Assembly (NCBI GenBank): GCA_035623825.1 | Contig: DASPSR010000030.1 | Coordinates: 20,504-84,503, forward strand | From: Nitrospirota bacterium | GTDB lineage: Bacteria; Nitrospirota; UBA9217 | Length of the DNA stretch: 64,000 nucleotides | Reading direction: 5' to 3' | In this document: piece by piece, positions 9,537-21,985 of the stretch | Position numbering within the stretch: position 1 is the stretch's first letter | Layout of the letters: every line of letters starts with the position of its first letter | The notes under the pieces: model-generated | The model's input: the letters and a program-made list of their open reading frames with translations, nothing else | Database searches by the model: none | What the model was told of the DNA's origin: nothing | Position numbers and translations under genes: made by a program

Positions 9537-10754
9537 ATGACTTATTCGAAAGAAACGATGTCAGACGGCAAACAGGAGCAGACTCGTTTCCGGGCGCTGA
9601 ATAACCGCTCGCGGATTATATGGACTATAGTTTGTCTCATAGTTGTTGGAGTGTTTATTTTTCTTGTAAAAGGTGTTAAAAAAGAGCCACGCGCTGCCCA
9701 GCAGGGGGCTGCGACAGCACCGGGTGTACCGGTCGTGGCAGCTCAGGTAAAGAAAGCCGAATTTGCTGTTTATCTATCCGGTCTCGGCGCGGTCACTCCG
9801 CTTAACACTATTACGGTAAAGACTCGAGTTGATGGTGAGTTGACGAAAGTCCTTTTTCGGGAAGGCCAGGTCGTGAACCAGGGTGAACTCTTGGTCGAAA
9901 TCGACCCGCGACCCTTCGAAGTGCAGCTCACCCAGGCCCAGGGAGCCATGGCCCGGGATGAGGCGCTGCTCGAAAATGCAAAGCTTGATCTTGTGCGGTA
10001 CCAGGATCTGGTTAAAAAAGATCTGATCCCCCTTCAACAGCTCGACACTCAGGCTTACCTGGTGCACCAGTATGAAGGAGAGGTCAAGGCCGATCAGGGC
10101 CAGATCGACAACGCCAAGCTGCAGCTGGTCTATGCCAGGATCACTGCTCCGATCAGCGGCCGCATCGGATTACGTCAAGTGGACCCAGGTAACATTGTTC
10201 ATGCGAGCGATACCAGCGGACTTGCTGTGATCACCCAGCTCCAACCGATCGCAGTGATCTTTTCCCTGCCCGAAGACAATCTCGCACAGATATTGGCTAG
10301 ACTCAAGAGTAGCGCACGCCTGACGGTCGAGGCGTACGACAGAGATCAGAAGCAGAAGCTCGCGACAGGGACTCTTTTGACGGTTGACAACCAGATCGAC
10401 CCGAACACGGGCACAGTCAAGCTTAAGGCCGAATTTCCGAACAGAAACAATGAGCTCTTCCCTAACCAGTTTGTCAATGCCCATCTTATCATCGAAGTCA
10501 AGCACGATGCCGTCATTGTTCCGGCACCTGCCATACAGCGGGGACCTCAGGGCACATTCGTTTACGTGGTGAAAGAAGACCAGACGGCAGCACTGCGTTC
10601 TGTCACCGTCGGGGTCACCCAGGAAGGCAACGCGTCCATTGCGTCTGGTCTGTCAGTTGGCGAACTTGTGGTCGTGGACGGCGCAGACAGGCTTCGCAAC
10701 GGCAGCAAGGTCGAGGTGAAGGGCCAGAACAGTGGTGCCCCGATAGCACCGTAA
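9537..10754 (+). CDS. mdtA: RND efflux periplasmic adaptor MdtA/MuxA
   Basis: N-terminal [42 protein letters not shown]. Confidence 0.9.
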   Translation: MTYSKETMSDGKQEQTRFRALNNRSRIIWTIVCLIVVGVFIFLVKGVKKEPRAAQQGAATAPGVPVVAAQVKKAEFAVYLSGLGAVTPLNTITVKTRVDGELTKVLFREGQVVNQGELLVEIDPRPFEVQLTQAQGAMARDEALLENAKLDLVRYQDLVKKDLIPLQQLDTQAYLVHQYEGEVKADQGQIDNAKLQLVYARITAPISGRIGLRQVDPGNIVHASDTSGLAVITQLQPIAVIFSLPEDNLAQILARLKSSARLTVEAYDRDQKQKLATGTLLTVDNQIDPNTGTVKLKAEFPNRNNELFPNQFVNAHLIIEVKHDAVIVPAPAIQRGPQGTFVYVVKEDQTAALRSVTVGVTQEGNASIASGLSVGELVVVDGADRLRNGSKVEVKGQNSGAPIAP

Positions 10755-10765
10755 AGGCAGAGCAA

Positions 10766-13700
10766 ATGAATATCTCCCGAATCTTCATTGAGAGACCGGT
10801 AGCAACCACGCTCTTGATGATTGCTATTCTCCTTGCTGGCGCCGTGGCGTACAAGCAGTTGCCGGTCTCCGCGCTGCCGCAGGTTGATTACCCGACCATC
10901 CAGGTCCGGACTTTCTATCCCGGGGCGAGCCCTGATGTCATGGCCTCTTCGGTGACCGCTCCGCTAGAGCGCCAGTTCGGACAGATGCCCGGTCTGAGCC
11001 AGATGACTTCGGCAAGTTCGGGAGGCAGCTCGGTCATCACGTTGCAATTCAGTCTTGATCTGAGCTTGGACGTGGCCGAGCAGGAAGTTCAGGCTTCCAT
11101 TAATGCAGCATCCAATTTCCTGCCTGCCGATCTCCCGAATCCTCCGGTTTACAGCAAGATAAACCCCGCGGACGCCCCTGTTCTTATATTGGCACTGACT
11201 TCGGATACGATGCCCTTGCCGAAAATTGAAGACCTTGCCGATACACGCTTTGCACAGAAAATATCTCAATTGGCAGGGGTCGGACTGGTCAGCATCAGCG
11301 GAGGACAGCGGCCTGCCGTGCGGATCGAAGCCAATCCGAGGTCGCTGGCAGCCTATGGGTTGTCACTCGAAGACCTGCGGACTGCTATTACCGCAGCAAA
11401 TGTAAATGAGGCAAAGGGAGGCTTTGACGGACCGAAACAATCGTACGTCATAGGCGCCAACGATCAGCTTTTTACGAGCGCTCAGTTCAATTCGCTTATC
11501 GTAGCCTATAGAAACGGCGCGCCTGTTCTCCTCTCCGACGTGGCCCGGGCAATCGATGACACAGAGAACGTTAATCAGGCCGCATGGATGAACACTACCC
11601 CTGCGGTGATAGTCAATATCCAGCGCCAGCCGGGCGCCAATGTGATAGAGGTCGTCAATCGCATAAAGAAACTGCTGCCGCAACTGCGAAACTCTTTGCC
11701 GCCCGCTATAAAGGTATCTGTACTGACCGACCGCACGACTACCATCCGTGAGTCGGTTGCCGACGTACAGTACGAACTTATCCTGGCGGTGGCGCTGGTC
11801 GTATTTGTTATTTTTCTGTTTCTTCGCAACCTGCCTGCCACTACAATTCCGAGCGTTGCAGTTCCATTGTCCCTTGTCGGGACATTCGGGGTGATGTACC
11901 TGCTGGGATTCAGCCTGAACAATCTGTCGATAATGGCCCTTACTATCTCAACAGGCTTCGTTGTCGATGATGCCATAGTCATGATCGAAAACATATCACG
12001 CTATGTTGAAGCGGGGGAAAGCCCTCTTGACGCTGCTCTTAAGGGGGCGCAACAGATCGGGTTCACCATTCTCTCCCTGACTGTCTCATTAATTGCGGTG
12101 CTCATTCCGCTGCTTTTTATGGGAGATGTCGTGGGACGCTTATTCCGGGAATTCGCTGTGACCCTCGGAGTTACGATCTTGATTTCGGCGGTTGTATCTC
12201 TGACGCTTACGCCCATGATGTGCTCGCGTATACTCAGGCATATACCGGAGGCGCGCCAGGGAAAGTTCTATCACAGATCGCAACAATTGTTCGAAAAGAT
12301 CATCGAGGCGTACGGCAGGACGCTGAAATGGGTGCTAGATCACCAGACAGCTACACTTGTTGTAGCGGTGGCTACCCTCGTTCTGACAGTGTTGCTGTAT
12401 GTTATAGCACCTAAGGGTTTTTTCCCTATTCAGGATACGGGGTCCATTCAAGGTATTTCTGAAGCGCCGCAGTCCATATCGTTCCTGGCAATGGCGGAGC
12501 GGCAGCAGGAGCTTGCAAAAGTGATTCTTAAAGACCCGGCAGTCGAAAGCCTGTCAACATTTATAGGGGTGGACGGCACTAATACGACACTAAATACCGG
12601 AAGAATTCTTATTGACTTGAAACCACTCGAAAGTCGCAAAGCGACAGCGAGCGAAATTATCCGCCGGCTCCAGCCTGAACTATCAAAAGTGGACGGGATC
12701 ACGCTTTACATGCAGCCGGTGCAGGACCTTACAGTCGATGCTCGGGTCAGTCGCACGCAGTTTCAGTATACCCTAGATGACCCCAATGCGAATGAACTGA
12801 ACCTTTGGGCACCGAGGCTCGTGGAAGTGCTCCGTAAAAGTCCCGAGCTGCGTGACGTAAGCTCCGATCAGCAGGATAGAGGGCTCAGGGTTGCGCTCTC
12901 AATGGACCGAAGTACAGCTTCACGCTTCGGCATCACTCCTCAGATCATAGATAACATCCTCTATGATGCCTTTGGGCAGCGGCAGATCTCAACGATTTTC
13001 ACTGAATTGAACCAGTATCGTGTTGTTTTGGGTGTCAAGCCGGATTTCCTGCAGGGTCCGGACGGCCTGCAATCTATTTATCTGCCCAGCACTGCAAGCA
13101 CTTCTGGAGGCCAGGTGCCGCTGGGAGCCGTCATCCAGGTGTCGGAAACAACAGGACCGCTCGTGATCAACAGGCAGGGGCAGTTCCCTGTCGTAACCAC
13201 TTCCTTCAACCTGGCGCCAGGGGTGGCGTTAAGCAAGGCTGTGGAAGCTGTCGAGGATGCCGCTCGCAAAATAGGGTTTCCCGCAAGTATAGTAGGTAGT
13301 TTCCAGGGAACGGCACAGTCTTTCAAGGCGTCTCTCTCCAATCAGCCGTTTCTTATACTGGCGGCCCTCGTTACCGTCTACATAGTCTTAGGTGTGTTGT
13401 ACGAGAGTTTTATTCACCCTATTACGATACTTTCCACCCTTCCATCCGCGGGTGTGGGAGCTGTACTGTCGCTGATGATCTTCGGTGCTGAGCTCGATGT
13501 GATTGCGATTATAGGCATCATACTTCTGATCGGCATCGTGAAGAAAAACGGCATTATGATGGTGGACTTTGCCTTGGATGCCGAACGTAAGGAAGGCAAG
13601 AAGCCGGTTGATGCCATTTACCAAGCCTGCCTGTTGCGGTTCAGGCCTATTATGATGACGACCATGTCTGCGCTTCTCGGTGCACTGCCGCTTGCGCTGG

Positions 13701-13870
13701 GGCATGGGATGGGCTCAGAGCTTCGCCGTCCTCTCGGCATATCCATAATCGGCGGGCTCATCTTCAGCCAGGTGCTTACTCTTTATACAACGCCGGTAAT
13801 CTATCTTGCATTCGATAGACTGGCAGAACGCATTCGCAATAGCCGCGGGAAGCGCCCAAATCAGGCATGA
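10766..13870 (+). CDS. mdtB: RND efflux permease MdtB/MuxB
   Basis: [47 protein letters not shown]. 1034 aa. Confidence 0.92.
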   Translation: MNISRIFIERPVATTLLMIAILLAGAVAYKQLPVSALPQVDYPTIQVRTFYPGASPDVMASSVTAPLERQFGQMPGLSQMTSASSGGSSVITLQFSLDLSLDVAEQEVQASINAASNFLPADLPNPPVYSKINPADAPVLILALTSDTMPLPKIEDLADTRFAQKISQLAGVGLVSISGGQRPAVRIEANPRSLAAYGLSLEDLRTAITAANVNEAKGGFDGPKQSYVIGANDQLFTSAQFNSLIVAYRNGAPVLLSDVARAIDDTENVNQAAWMNTTPAVIVNIQRQPGANVIEVVNRIKKLLPQLRNSLPPAIKVSVLTDRTTTIRESVADVQYELILAVALVVFVIFLFLRNLPATTIPSVAVPLSLVGTFGVMYLLGFSLNNLSIMALTISTGFVVDDAIVMIENISRYVEAGESPLDAALKGAQQIGFTILSLTVSLIAVLIPLLFMGDVVGRLFREFAVTLGVTILISAVVSLTLTPMMCSRILRHIPEARQGKFYHRSQQLFEKIIEAYGRTLKWVLDHQTATLVVAVATLVLTVLLYVIAPKGFFPIQDTGSIQGISEAPQSISFLAMAERQQELAKVILKDPAVESLSTFIGVDGTNTTLNTGRILIDLKPLESRKATASEIIRRLQPELSKVDGITLYMQPVQDLTVDARVSRTQFQYTLDDPNANELNLWAPRLVEVLRKSPELRDVSSDQQDRGLRVALSMDRSTASRFGITPQIIDNILYDAFGQRQISTIFTELNQYRVVLGVKPDFLQGPDGLQSIYLPSTASTSGGQVPLGAVIQVSETTGPLVINRQGQFPVVTTSFNLAPGVALSKAVEAVEDAARKIGFPASIVGSFQGTAQSFKASLSNQPFLILAALVTVYIVLGVLYESFIHPITILSTLPSAGVGAVLSLMIFGAELDVIAIIGIILLIGIVKKNGIMMVDFALDAERKEGKKPVDAIYQACLLRFRPIMMTTMSALLGALPLALGHGMGSELRRPLGISIIGGLIFSQVLTLYTTPVIYLAFDRLAERIRNSRGKRPNQA

Positions 13871-16800
13871 ATATCTCCGAAGTTTTCATCAAGAGGCCAG
13901 TAGCAACCTCGCTCCTCACATTCGGCATCGTCCTTGCCGGGGTGATCGCTGTCCGCCAGCTTCCTGTCTCTCCTTTGCCGCAGGTGGATTTCCCAACAAT
14001 ATCAGTATCGGCGAGCCTCCCCGGGGCCGACCCTGAAACGATGGCAACATCAGTCGCTGCGCCGCTCGAGCGCCAGTTGGGGCATATTGCCGGCGTAACA
14101 GAGATGACATCTGTTAGTAACAGGGGCACAGCGAGCATAACGCTGCAGTTTGATCTGGACCGTAACATCGACGGTGCGGCGCGAGATGTTCAGGCGGCGA
14201 TAAACGCAGCTAGGGGATACCTGCCACCGAATCTCCCGAGCAACCCCACATACAGGAAAGTAAATCCATCCGACGCGCCCATTCTTATCATTGCCCTTAC
14301 CTCCGATACATTGACAAGACCGCAGATATATGATGCGGCTTTTTCCATTATGGCGCAAAAACTGTCGCAGGTGAAGGGCGTCGGACAGGTGTTTGTGGGA
14401 GGAAGCTCTCTCCCGGCTGTCCGCGTCGAATTGAATCCATTGGCCCTCAGCTCTTACGGGATCAGCCTTGAGACCGTCCGCGGTGTTCTGTCCAGCACTA
14501 ACGCAAACAGGCCGAAAGGAAAGCTGGCAAAGGGTGATAAAATGTGGGAGATCCAGACCAATGACCAGCTCTTTACCGCCAAAGAATACGAACCCACGAT
14601 TATAACCTACAAGGCCGGGGCGGCCGTAAGGCTGCTTGATGTCGGACAGGTGCTGGATTCGGTTGAGGACATTCGCACGGCAGGGTATGTCAATGGCAAG
14701 CCGTCCGTCTTTCTTGTCATCTTTCGACAACCCGGCGCGAATATTATCGAAACAGTCGACAATGTTCATGGACTGCTCCCGCAATTACAGGCTGCCATCC
14801 CGGCATCGATCGACCTCTCAACCGTCGTTGATCGCACCCCGCCCATACGGGGTTCATTAAAAAATGTCGAGGAATCGCTCATCGCCTCGGGCGTTCTCGT
14901 CATCCTGGTTGTATTCTGGTTTCTCCGTAATGCCAGGGCAACATTCATTCCAGCTGTAGCTATAATAGTGTCGATTGTTGGGACATTTGCCCTGATGTAT
15001 CTGTTCGGTTACTCCCTGGATAATCTTTCCCTTATGGCGCTTACTATCGCAACCGGGTTTGTTGTCGATGATGCTATAGTTGTTCTCGAAAACATTACGC
15101 GGTACATGGAAAAAGGGGAATCACAGCTCCAGGCTGCTTTTTCGGGCACAAAAGAGATTTCTTTTACGGTTCTGTCAATGAGTCTTTCACTGGTAGCCGT
15201 GTTTATCCCGATTCTCCTCATGGGTGGCATGGTCGGCCGCCTGTTTCGTGAATTTGCCGTGACGCTCTCCGCGGCAGTCATTGTCTCGCTTGTAGTATCA
15301 TTATCGACTACTCCGATGATGTGCGCTACGCTGCTCAAGCCTGAAAAGCCTTATAAACGGGCGGCATTTTACCGTGCGAGCGAGCGGATTTTCAACTGGA
15401 TGTATTCAACTTATGAGCGGAGCCTTTCTTGGGCCCTACGGCATTCCAGGTTCATGATCGTATTAATGTTATTGACGATTTTAATGAGTATCGCATTGCT
15501 TATTGCTGTTCCAAAGGGTTTCTTCCCGGAGCAGGACAGCGGGCGTCTTTCAGGCGGTATCCAGGCTGACCAGCATATATCGTTTCAGGAAATGGAGCAG
15601 AAGCTTCTCCAGATAGTCAATATAATCAAAAAAGATCCTGATGTGGTATATGTTACGGGGTTCACCGGCGGAGGCGGAGGTTCCACGACAAATACCGCAC
15701 GCATGTTCATAACATTGAAGGCCTTCGGAGAGAGGAAGGCGACTGCTATGCAGGTTATTGCGAGGTTGCGCAAGAAGCTTTCACTGGTGGCTGGTGCGTC
15801 GACTTTTCTTGCCCCTGTGCAGGACTTGCGCATCGGGGGCAGGATAGGAAACGCATTATACCAATACACTCTTATAGGAGACAATGTAACAGAGTTGAAC
15901 AAGTGGGGACAGAGCGTGCTGCAGAAAATGCGCACCTTTCCCCAACTTACCGATGTGAACAGCGATCAGCAGGATAAGGGACTGCAGGCGATGCTTGTCA
16001 TAGACCGCGATACCGCCTCCCGGATGCAGGTAACCCCGCAACTTCTTGATAAAACCCTATACGATGCCTTTGGTCAGGAGCAGGTGTCTGTCATGTACAC
16101 CCTCCTGAATCAGTACCATGTTGTCATGGAAGTGGAACCACGTTTCTGGCAGCACCCTGAAACGCTGAGGGAAATTTATGTATCGACATCCAGCGGAGCG
16201 CAGGTGCCCCTGAGCGCATTCACCCATTTCGAGCCGATTGCCACGTCACTCGCGGTGAACCATCAGGGCCAATTCCCCGCTGTGACAATATCTTTTAATC
16301 TGGCGCCTGGCGTGGCGCTTGGTGATGCGGTTAAACTGATCGAAAATAATATTCGGCAAATGGGATTGCCGGAGAACATACGGGGCAGTTTTGCCGGGAC
16401 AGCCCAAGCGTTCCAGGCATCTCTTGCAAACGAACCGTTCCTTATCCTGGCCGCACTTGTCACGGTATATATTGTATTGGGAATTCTGTATGAAAGCTAT
16501 ATCCACCCGATTACTATCCTTTCCACGTTGCCTTCCGCCGGGGTGGGGGCGGTGCTCGCGATGCTGATCTCCGGCACTGACTTAAGCATCATAGCGCTGA
16601 TCGGCATGGTCCTGCTTATCGGTATAGTCAAAAAAAATGGTATCATGATGGTCGATTTTGCGCTTGAGCTAGAACGTAAGGAAGGCAAAAGTTCCGAGGA
16701 GGCTATATACCAGGCTTGCCTGCTGAGGTTCCGTCCCATTATGATGACAACTATGGCTGCACTCCTGGGGGCATTGCCGCTGGCAGTGAAAGGCGGAGTC

Positions 16801-17001
16801 GGGTCCGAAATGCGCCGCCCGCTTGGCATTGCCATTGTGGGCGGGCTGATATTCAGCCAAATGCTCACGCTTTACACAACGCCGGTAGTTTATCTTTACC
16901 TTGACCGGTTCAGGATCTGGTTTGAAAGTGTGCGCGGGCGCCGCAAAACCCAAAGAATTCATGTATCGGGAGCCGCGGCGACAAGAGACGGAAATCGATG
17001 A
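13867..17001 (+). CDS. mdtC: RND efflux permease MdtC/MuxC
   Basis: [39 protein letters not shown] overlap with mdtB. Confidence 0.92.
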   Translation: MNISEVFIKRPVATSLLTFGIVLAGVIAVRQLPVSPLPQVDFPTISVSASLPGADPETMATSVAAPLERQLGHIAGVTEMTSVSNRGTASITLQFDLDRNIDGAARDVQAAINAARGYLPPNLPSNPTYRKVNPSDAPILIIALTSDTLTRPQIYDAAFSIMAQKLSQVKGVGQVFVGGSSLPAVRVELNPLALSSYGISLETVRGVLSSTNANRPKGKLAKGDKMWEIQTNDQLFTAKEYEPTIITYKAGAAVRLLDVGQVLDSVEDIRTAGYVNGKPSVFLVIFRQPGANIIETVDNVHGLLPQLQAAIPASIDLSTVVDRTPPIRGSLKNVEESLIASGVLVILVVFWFLRNARATFIPAVAIIVSIVGTFALMYLFGYSLDNLSLMALTIATGFVVDDAIVVLENITRYMEKGESQLQAAFSGTKEISFTVLSMSLSLVAVFIPILLMGGMVGRLFREFAVTLSAAVIVSLVVSLSTTPMMCATLLKPEKPYKRAAFYRASERIFNWMYSTYERSLSWALRHSRFMIVLMLLTILMSIALLIAVPKGFFPEQDSGRLSGGIQADQHISFQEMEQKLLQIVNIIKKDPDVVYVTGFTGGGGGSTTNTARMFITLKAFGERKATAMQVIARLRKKLSLVAGASTFLAPVQDLRIGGRIGNALYQYTLIGDNVTELNKWGQSVLQKMRTFPQLTDVNSDQQDKGLQAMLVIDRDTASRMQVTPQLLDKTLYDAFGQEQVSVMYTLLNQYHVVMEVEPRFWQHPETLREIYVSTSSGAQVPLSAFTHFEPIATSLAVNHQGQFPAVTISFNLAPGVALGDAVKLIENNIRQMGLPENIRGSFAGTAQAFQASLANEPFLILAALVTVYIVLGILYESYIHPITILSTLPSAGVGAVLAMLISGTDLSIIALIGMVLLIGIVKKNGIMMVDFALELERKEGKSSEEAIYQACLLRFRPIMMTTMAALLGALPLAVKGGVGSEMRRPLGIAIVGGLIFSQMLTLYTTPVVYLYLDRFRIWFESVRGRRKTQRIHVSGAAATRDGNR

Positions 17002-18029
17002 GAGGAAATGTGGTCATGAGAACGGTAGTATTCCTATTTTGTTGCCTCATTCTCAGCGTGAATGCCTATGCAGCAGAACCCGGTTATCATATCATCAAAA
17101 GACTGCACCTCGGCGGAGAAGGCGGCTGGGATTACGTCACTGTGGACAACGCAGCTCGACGGTTGTACATTTCTCGAAGCTCCCATGTTCTGGTGCTCGA
17201 TATCGATACGGATAAATTGGTTGGTGATATTCCTGATACACCAGGTGTACATGGAATTGCAGTGGCTCCGGAGCTGCAACGCGGTTTTATAAGCAATGGA
17301 AAAGCAGACACGGCAGCGATTTTCGAGTTGGGAACATTGAAGGTCCTCGGGCGGGTGAAAACGGGAACCAATCCTGATGCGATCCTTTATGACCCCGCGA
17401 CGAAACGGGTATTCACGTTCAATGGCCGCAGCAATGATGCAACGGTGTTCGATCCCATGTCCGCTAAGGTCGTGGGTACGATCGTACTCGGCGGTAAACC
17501 AGAATTTGCCGTAACAGACGGCAAGGGAAGGATCTATGTGAATATAGAGGATACGAGCGAAATTGTTGAAATCGACAGTCGCGAATTGACGGTAATTAAG
17601 AGGACTTCACTTAAGCCTTGCAAAGATCCCACGGGAATGGCCATCGATGCGGGTCGTCACCGGGTCTTTTCCGGCTGCCGCAGCAAGGTTATGGCTGTTC
17701 TGGATACTGAGTCGGACAAAGTGATGGCCTTCGTTCCAATCGGCGAGGGTGTCGATGGAAACGGGTTTGATCCGGGGACAGGACTGGCGTTCAGTTCCAA
17801 CGGAGACGGCACTCTTACGGTGGTGCACGAAGCATCTCCCGGCAAGTTTGAGGTGGCCGAGACAGTCACCACGCAACGGGGATCTCGCACGATGGCCATC
17901 GATCCGAAGACCCACAACATATACTTGCCAGCTGCATCGTTTGCACAGCAGACGCCAGCAGAGGAAGGACCAAAGCAGCGGCCGGTAATGATCAGGGACA
18001 GTTTTACAATCTTGGTGGTCGGGAGATAG
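16998..18029 (+). CDS. YncE-family exported beta-propeller protein
   Basis: Signal peptide, GGWDY, PGVHGIA, NPDAILYDP and GGKPEFAV repeats. ATGA overlap with mdtC. Confidence 0.8.
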   Translation: MRGNVVMRTVVFLFCCLILSVNAYAAEPGYHIIKRLHLGGEGGWDYVTVDNAARRLYISRSSHVLVLDIDTDKLVGDIPDTPGVHGIAVAPELQRGFISNGKADTAAIFELGTLKVLGRVKTGTNPDAILYDPATKRVFTFNGRSNDATVFDPMSAKVVGTIVLGGKPEFAVTDGKGRIYVNIEDTSEIVEIDSRELTVIKRTSLKPCKDPTGMAIDAGRHRVFSGCRSKVMAVLDTESDKVMAFVPIGEGVDGNGFDPGTGLAFSSNGDGTLTVVHEASPGKFEVAETVTTQRGSRTMAIDPKTHNIYLPAASFAQQTPAEEGPKQRPVMIRDSFTILVVGR

Positions 18030-18104
18030 GCTTCGTCGACAAGGACCCGTCCATTAGACAGGGAGGCAATTACTGCCCTCGGGGGAAACTAATATGGGGC
18101 TCGA
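17767..18104 (+). repeat. Diverged direct repeat, copy 1 (3' end of the YncE-like gene plus downstream DNA)
   Basis: Aligns by eye with 19617-19857. Confidence 0.8.
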
Positions 18105-18293
18105 TTATTTGGAATGTTGATATTGCTTATTTCGGAGTTGGTTGTATTTACATGTTATGGGGGAGGTGGAGGTATTTCTCTAGTCAGCATGAGAACCGTG
18201 AACGTGACACATCTGGCCGGATCGTCAGAGGCGTGTGAACAGCGGCCCGCCATGGTTACGCTCTTTTATCATGACTGATGGTTTCCTCATTGT

Positions 18294-19451
18294 TCAGATC
18301 CTGATTCTACTCATTGGAAGTGTTATAATCACTCGCGCACCCTTTTCCATTCTTTGAAGCGAAAGCGCGCCTCCATGCGCAGTTGCAATTTTTTTCGCAA
18401 GATACAATCCCAGCCCGCCACCACGGGATCGGTTGGTTACGAAAGGATCGGTCAATTTATCGAGATCTTCAGTCGGAGAAAACCCCGCTCCATTGTCTTC
18501 GCATGTGATGCCCACATTCGACATCCCATCCTCCGGGCGGGGATTGAGATGAATTTTGATTCTGTCCGCCCCGGCTTCCCGGCTGTTTCTCAGCAAATTC
18601 TTAAAAAGCAGTTCCAGATAGAATTTGTCCCCAAAGATCATAAGCTTCGTGGGGATATCCACGATTATCCCTATCGTCGCGGCTTTTTTCAAAATATCTC
18701 CGATTGCGGTCCATTCACCGTTCCGGACATCGATCTCCTTCCCGTAAGCAAGGAGATTGTCTATCAACTGTTGGGTTCGATTGATCTCTTCACCGGTTAG
18801 TTCAATGAAGCGTTTGACGAACTGTTCGTCCGCCCGGCGGGAGGGAAATGCCTGGAGAAGGTTCGATATAGAGGCAATCGGGGTTTTCAGTTCGTGTGCA
18901 AGCGCCGCCGACATGCGCCCGAGCAATGCCAATGCTTCATGCTGATGCAAGGCGGTGGTGAATTGCTGCTTCATGACGAGGGACTTCTTCCTATTCTCGA
19001 GGAAGTAAACAGTGAAAGTGAAAAAGATGATGGTCGCTGCAATCCCTGCATAAGCCCTCACATCCAAGAAGGTGAACTCGGATTCCAGATATTCATCCCG
19101 TAAGTAAACGTCGAGCAAATAGTCCCTACCGCTCAACGTAAAAAGGAAATCTTCATCGTCGACTCCAGGCCCGCTGGCTTTCCCATGTTCAAAGGCAACC
19201 ACTTTGTCTGCCATGACCGTCTTGATATAGTTTGTGATAAAGCTCTTTTCGTGGCTGGGTCTGTTAATGGCCGCCTCGTTAAACAACACGAGGGTTTTTT
19301 TGATATCGCTTTCCACGGATGCACGGATACTTTTTTCAATTGCAATATTTTCAGTCTTGTCGACGATAAAAGCAACAACGATACCGACAATCACGGAACC
19401 AACGAGGCAGGAAACGATTGTTAATGTCTGCTTCAGCATAGAATTATTCAT
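18294..19451 (-). CDS. Orphan membrane sensor histidine kinase (NtrB/AtoS-like)
   Basis: Two TMs, H-box LAHELKTP, N-box NLLRNS, EDNGAG, PFVT, GGGLGLY. Confidence 0.88.
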   Translation of the reverse strand: MNNSMLKQTLTIVSCLVGSVIVGIVVAFIVDKTENIAIEKSIRASVESDIKKTLVLFNEAAINRPSHEKSFITNYIKTVMADKVVAFEHGKASGPGVDDEDFLFTLSGRDYLLDVYLRDEYLESEFTFLDVRAYAGIAATIIFFTFTVYFLENRKKSLVMKQQFTTALHQHEALALLGRMSAALAHELKTPIASISNLLQAFPSRRADEQFVKRFIELTGEEINRTQQLIDNLLAYGKEIDVRNGEWTAIGDILKKAATIGIIVDIPTKLMIFGDKFYLELLFKNLLRNSREAGADRIKIHLNPRPEDGMSNVGITCEDNGAGFSPTEDLDKLTDPFVTNRSRGGGLGLYLAKKIATAHGGALSLQRMEKGARVIITLPMSRIRI

Positions 19452-19616
19452 AGTGAAATCTGCACTTGAAAATTACCACCATTGCCTTACCCCTGTCAAT
19501 CGATATTATAATGGGAGTGGATGAGCAGGGATCCCGACTCGCGGACGGCAGAAAACACAAAGAAGTCTTATACCGGGAACCGGCGCAACGAGAGAAGAAA
19601 TCGAAGATAGGGAATG

Positions 19617-19857
19617 TTGATCCGGGGACGGGACTTGCGTTCAGTTCCAATTGGAGACGACACGCTGCCGTGGTGTATGAAGCATCTTGGCAAGTTTGAG
19701 GTGGTCGAGACAGTCTCCACGCAACAGGGATCTCGCACGATGGTCATCGAACCGAGCCGGGGCCCCACAACATATACGTGCCACCTGTATCGATGAGGAC
19801 CTGTCTGTTAAACCGCGGGAAATTATTCTCTCGGGAAAAACTAATACGGAGACTCGA
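19617..19857 (+). pseudogene. Degenerate copy 2 of the YncE-like 3' end (frameshifted, internal ~100 bp deletion)
   Basis: Encodes DPGTGLAFSSN and KFEVVETVSTQQGSRTM in different frames, then matches 18040-18104. Confidence 0.8.
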
Positions 19858-21910
19858 AACAGGCGCTGAACCCCTTCGATGCCTGCTCCCGATGTACCAC
19901 TTTCTGCAGTTGTTGCCCGCTTGATTCAAGCATGCTGGACGCGGAGAATTGCTCCCACTTACTGACATGCATGAGCCTGACAACCCTGTTAGCAATGCTT
20001 TTTCTTTCATCCGGTGTTATCACCACGCATGATATGCTTTTGCGGCAATATCCGGAATAGCTGCAACCGACATTATGGCACATGTCATCGACGGATATAC
20101 TCTTGGACAAATTCCTCGGCTGGTCGATATCACAGCCTTTGATCGCTGCGACATGATATGCAAGGAGCTGCAGCGGTACAATGGTGACAAAGGGGACGAG
20201 TGCGGGATGTGTCGACGGCACAACGATCATGTGGTCCACGTTGTCGCGAAAGGCAGCCGGAGAATCCGTAACCACGATGATTCTTCCGCCTCGCTCTTTC
20301 ACCTCCTCGATGTTCGATAGGATCTTCTCTTGCAGGCCGTCGATCGTTGCAAGGAATACAACGGGGACTCCGTCCTCGATGAGCGCGATAGGGCCATGTT
20401 TCATTTCTCCCGCCGGATATCCATCCGCGTGAATGTAGGCGAGTTCTTTCATCTTGAGCGCGCCTTCAAGCGCTATAGGGTAGTTGATTCCCCGACCTAC
20501 GTACAGCATGCTCTTCGCGCCCGCCAGGGTCTTTGCGATTTCCTTGATTACTCCCTCGGTTTGTAGCGCCTGACGAATGAGCCTGGGCAGATCGAGCATG
20601 AACGGCTTGAGCGTCTGAGTCTCGAGGTCGCTAAGTTTGCCTTTCTTAGTACCCAGGGCAATACCCAGAAGGCTCAAAGCGGCAAGCTGAGCGGTAAAGG
20701 ACTTGGTGGATACAACCCCGATCTCCAATCCCGCTCGCGTGTAGAGGACCGAATCCGCTTCGCGGGCAGTTGTGCTCCCGACGACATTGCAGATCGTTAG
20801 GGTCCTTGCTCCTTTTTTCTTCGCTTCACGTTGTGCTGCGAGGGTATCTGCTGTTTCTCCAGACTGCGTAATGGTGATGAGGACAGTTCCTTTCGGGATG
20901 ATCGGGCACATGTCCCGGAATTCCGAGGCGATGTCCACAGCCACAGGGATTCGCACAAACTTCTCGATCATGTAACGGCCGGCTAGGCCTGCATGGTAAG
21001 ACGTACCGCAGGCTACAATATGGAGCCGCCTGAGATCCTTGATGGTACCTGAAAAGCCGGTCTCCTCAATGAGCCTGTTCGTGTCATCGGTCCACTCCCG
21101 CAGAGTATCCATGACCCCCTGGGGTTGCTCGTATATCTCTTTGAGCATGAAGTGGTCGTATCCGTGCTTTTCTGCCATTGAAGGCGTCCAGTCTACCGTC
21201 GTTATCTTCCGTTCCGGTTGCAGGGTCTCCAGAGACACGACATGCTTCAAATCGACCCCGCTACGCCTGAGCGCGGCTAAGTACTGATCTTCGAGATAAA
21301 TGAAACTCTTCGTGTAGGGGAGGAGTGCGGCAACATCAGATGCAATGAAATATGCATCCGTGCTTATTCCAATGACTAGCGGGCTGCCGTTGCGGATCGC
21401 AAACAGCGTATCAGGCGTGCCATCGTATATGATCCCTAGGGCGTAGACCCCGCGAAGGCGCTCGATTGCTCGTTGGATCGCCTCATCGATCTGAAGACCT
21501 TGGTCGAGGTAGCGAGCGATGAGCTGAGGTACTACCTCTGTGTCCGTCTGGGATGTGAAAACACAACCTGCCGCCGTTAGTTCGGTCCTCAACCCGTGGT
21601 AATTTTCAATGATGCCGTTATGTACCACGGATACTCCATTCACGGTATGCGGATGAGCATTGGCTCCCGATGGCACCCCATGTGTGGCCCATCGGGTATG
21701 ACCGATACCGAGCGTGATGTCTGGTAACGGAATCGGCATTATCTTCTGGAGGTCCCTCAACTTGCCTTGATTCTTATAAATCTCGATACTCGATCCGTTT
21801 TTAAATGCAATTCCCGATGAATCGCAACCACGGTACTCCAAACGTGTAAGACCATCAAAGAGAAGCTGCAAAGAATCCTTTTTCCCAACATATCCTATAA
21901 TTCCGCACAT
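19841..21910 (-). CDS. glmS: Glutamine--fructose-6-phosphate aminotransferase; C-terminus extended by a probable 1-nt frameshift
   Basis: MCGIIG, GHTRWATHG, HNGIIEN, QSGETADT, EMKHGP, PRNLSKS. The canonical end falls at about 20085. Confidence 0.9.
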   Translation of the reverse strand: MCGIIGYVGKKDSLQLLFDGLTRLEYRGCDSSGIAFKNGSSIEIYKNQGKLRDLQKIMPIPLPDITLGIGHTRWATHGVPSGANAHPHTVNGVSVVHNGIIENYHGLRTELTAAGCVFTSQTDTEVVPQLIARYLDQGLQIDEAIQRAIERLRGVYALGIIYDGTPDTLFAIRNGSPLVIGISTDAYFIASDVAALLPYTKSFIYLEDQYLAALRRSGVDLKHVVSLETLQPERKITTVDWTPSMAEKHGYDHFMLKEIYEQPQGVMDTLREWTDDTNRLIEETGFSGTIKDLRRLHIVACGTSYHAGLAGRYMIEKFVRIPVAVDIASEFRDMCPIIPKGTVLITITQSGETADTLAAQREAKKKGARTLTICNVVGSTTAREADSVLYTRAGLEIGVVSTKSFTAQLAALSLLGIALGTKKGKLSDLETQTLKPFMLDLPRLIRQALQTEGVIKEIAKTLAGAKSMLYVGRGINYPIALEGALKMKELAYIHADGYPAGEMKHGPIALIEDGVPVVFLATIDGLQEKILSNIEEVKERGGRIIVVTDSPAAFRDNVDHMIVVPSTHPALVPFVTIVPLQLLAYHVAAIKGCDIDQPRNLSKSISVDDMCHNVGCSYSGYCRKSISCVVITPDERKSIANRVVRLMHVSKWEQFSASSMLESSGQQLQKVVHREQASKGFSACFESPY

Positions 21911-21985
21911 GATTTCTCCCTCAAACAGACGACATTATATCTATAATGGCATTCGTATTCTAGTCATGATCACTGTTAAATCTCA

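Noticed and set aside
10766-17001. Repeated DNA segments between the two RND genes
   Set aside because: Explained by ordinary MdtB/MdtC paralogy.
18235-18285. Third fragment resembling the YncE C-terminus (EQRPAMV vs KQRPVMI)
   Set aside because: Too short and divergent to distinguish from chance.
19841-20085. Novel Cys-rich C-terminal domain on GlmS
   Set aside because: Better explained by a 1-nt deletion at the canonical stop, and the frame ends inside an unrelated repeat.
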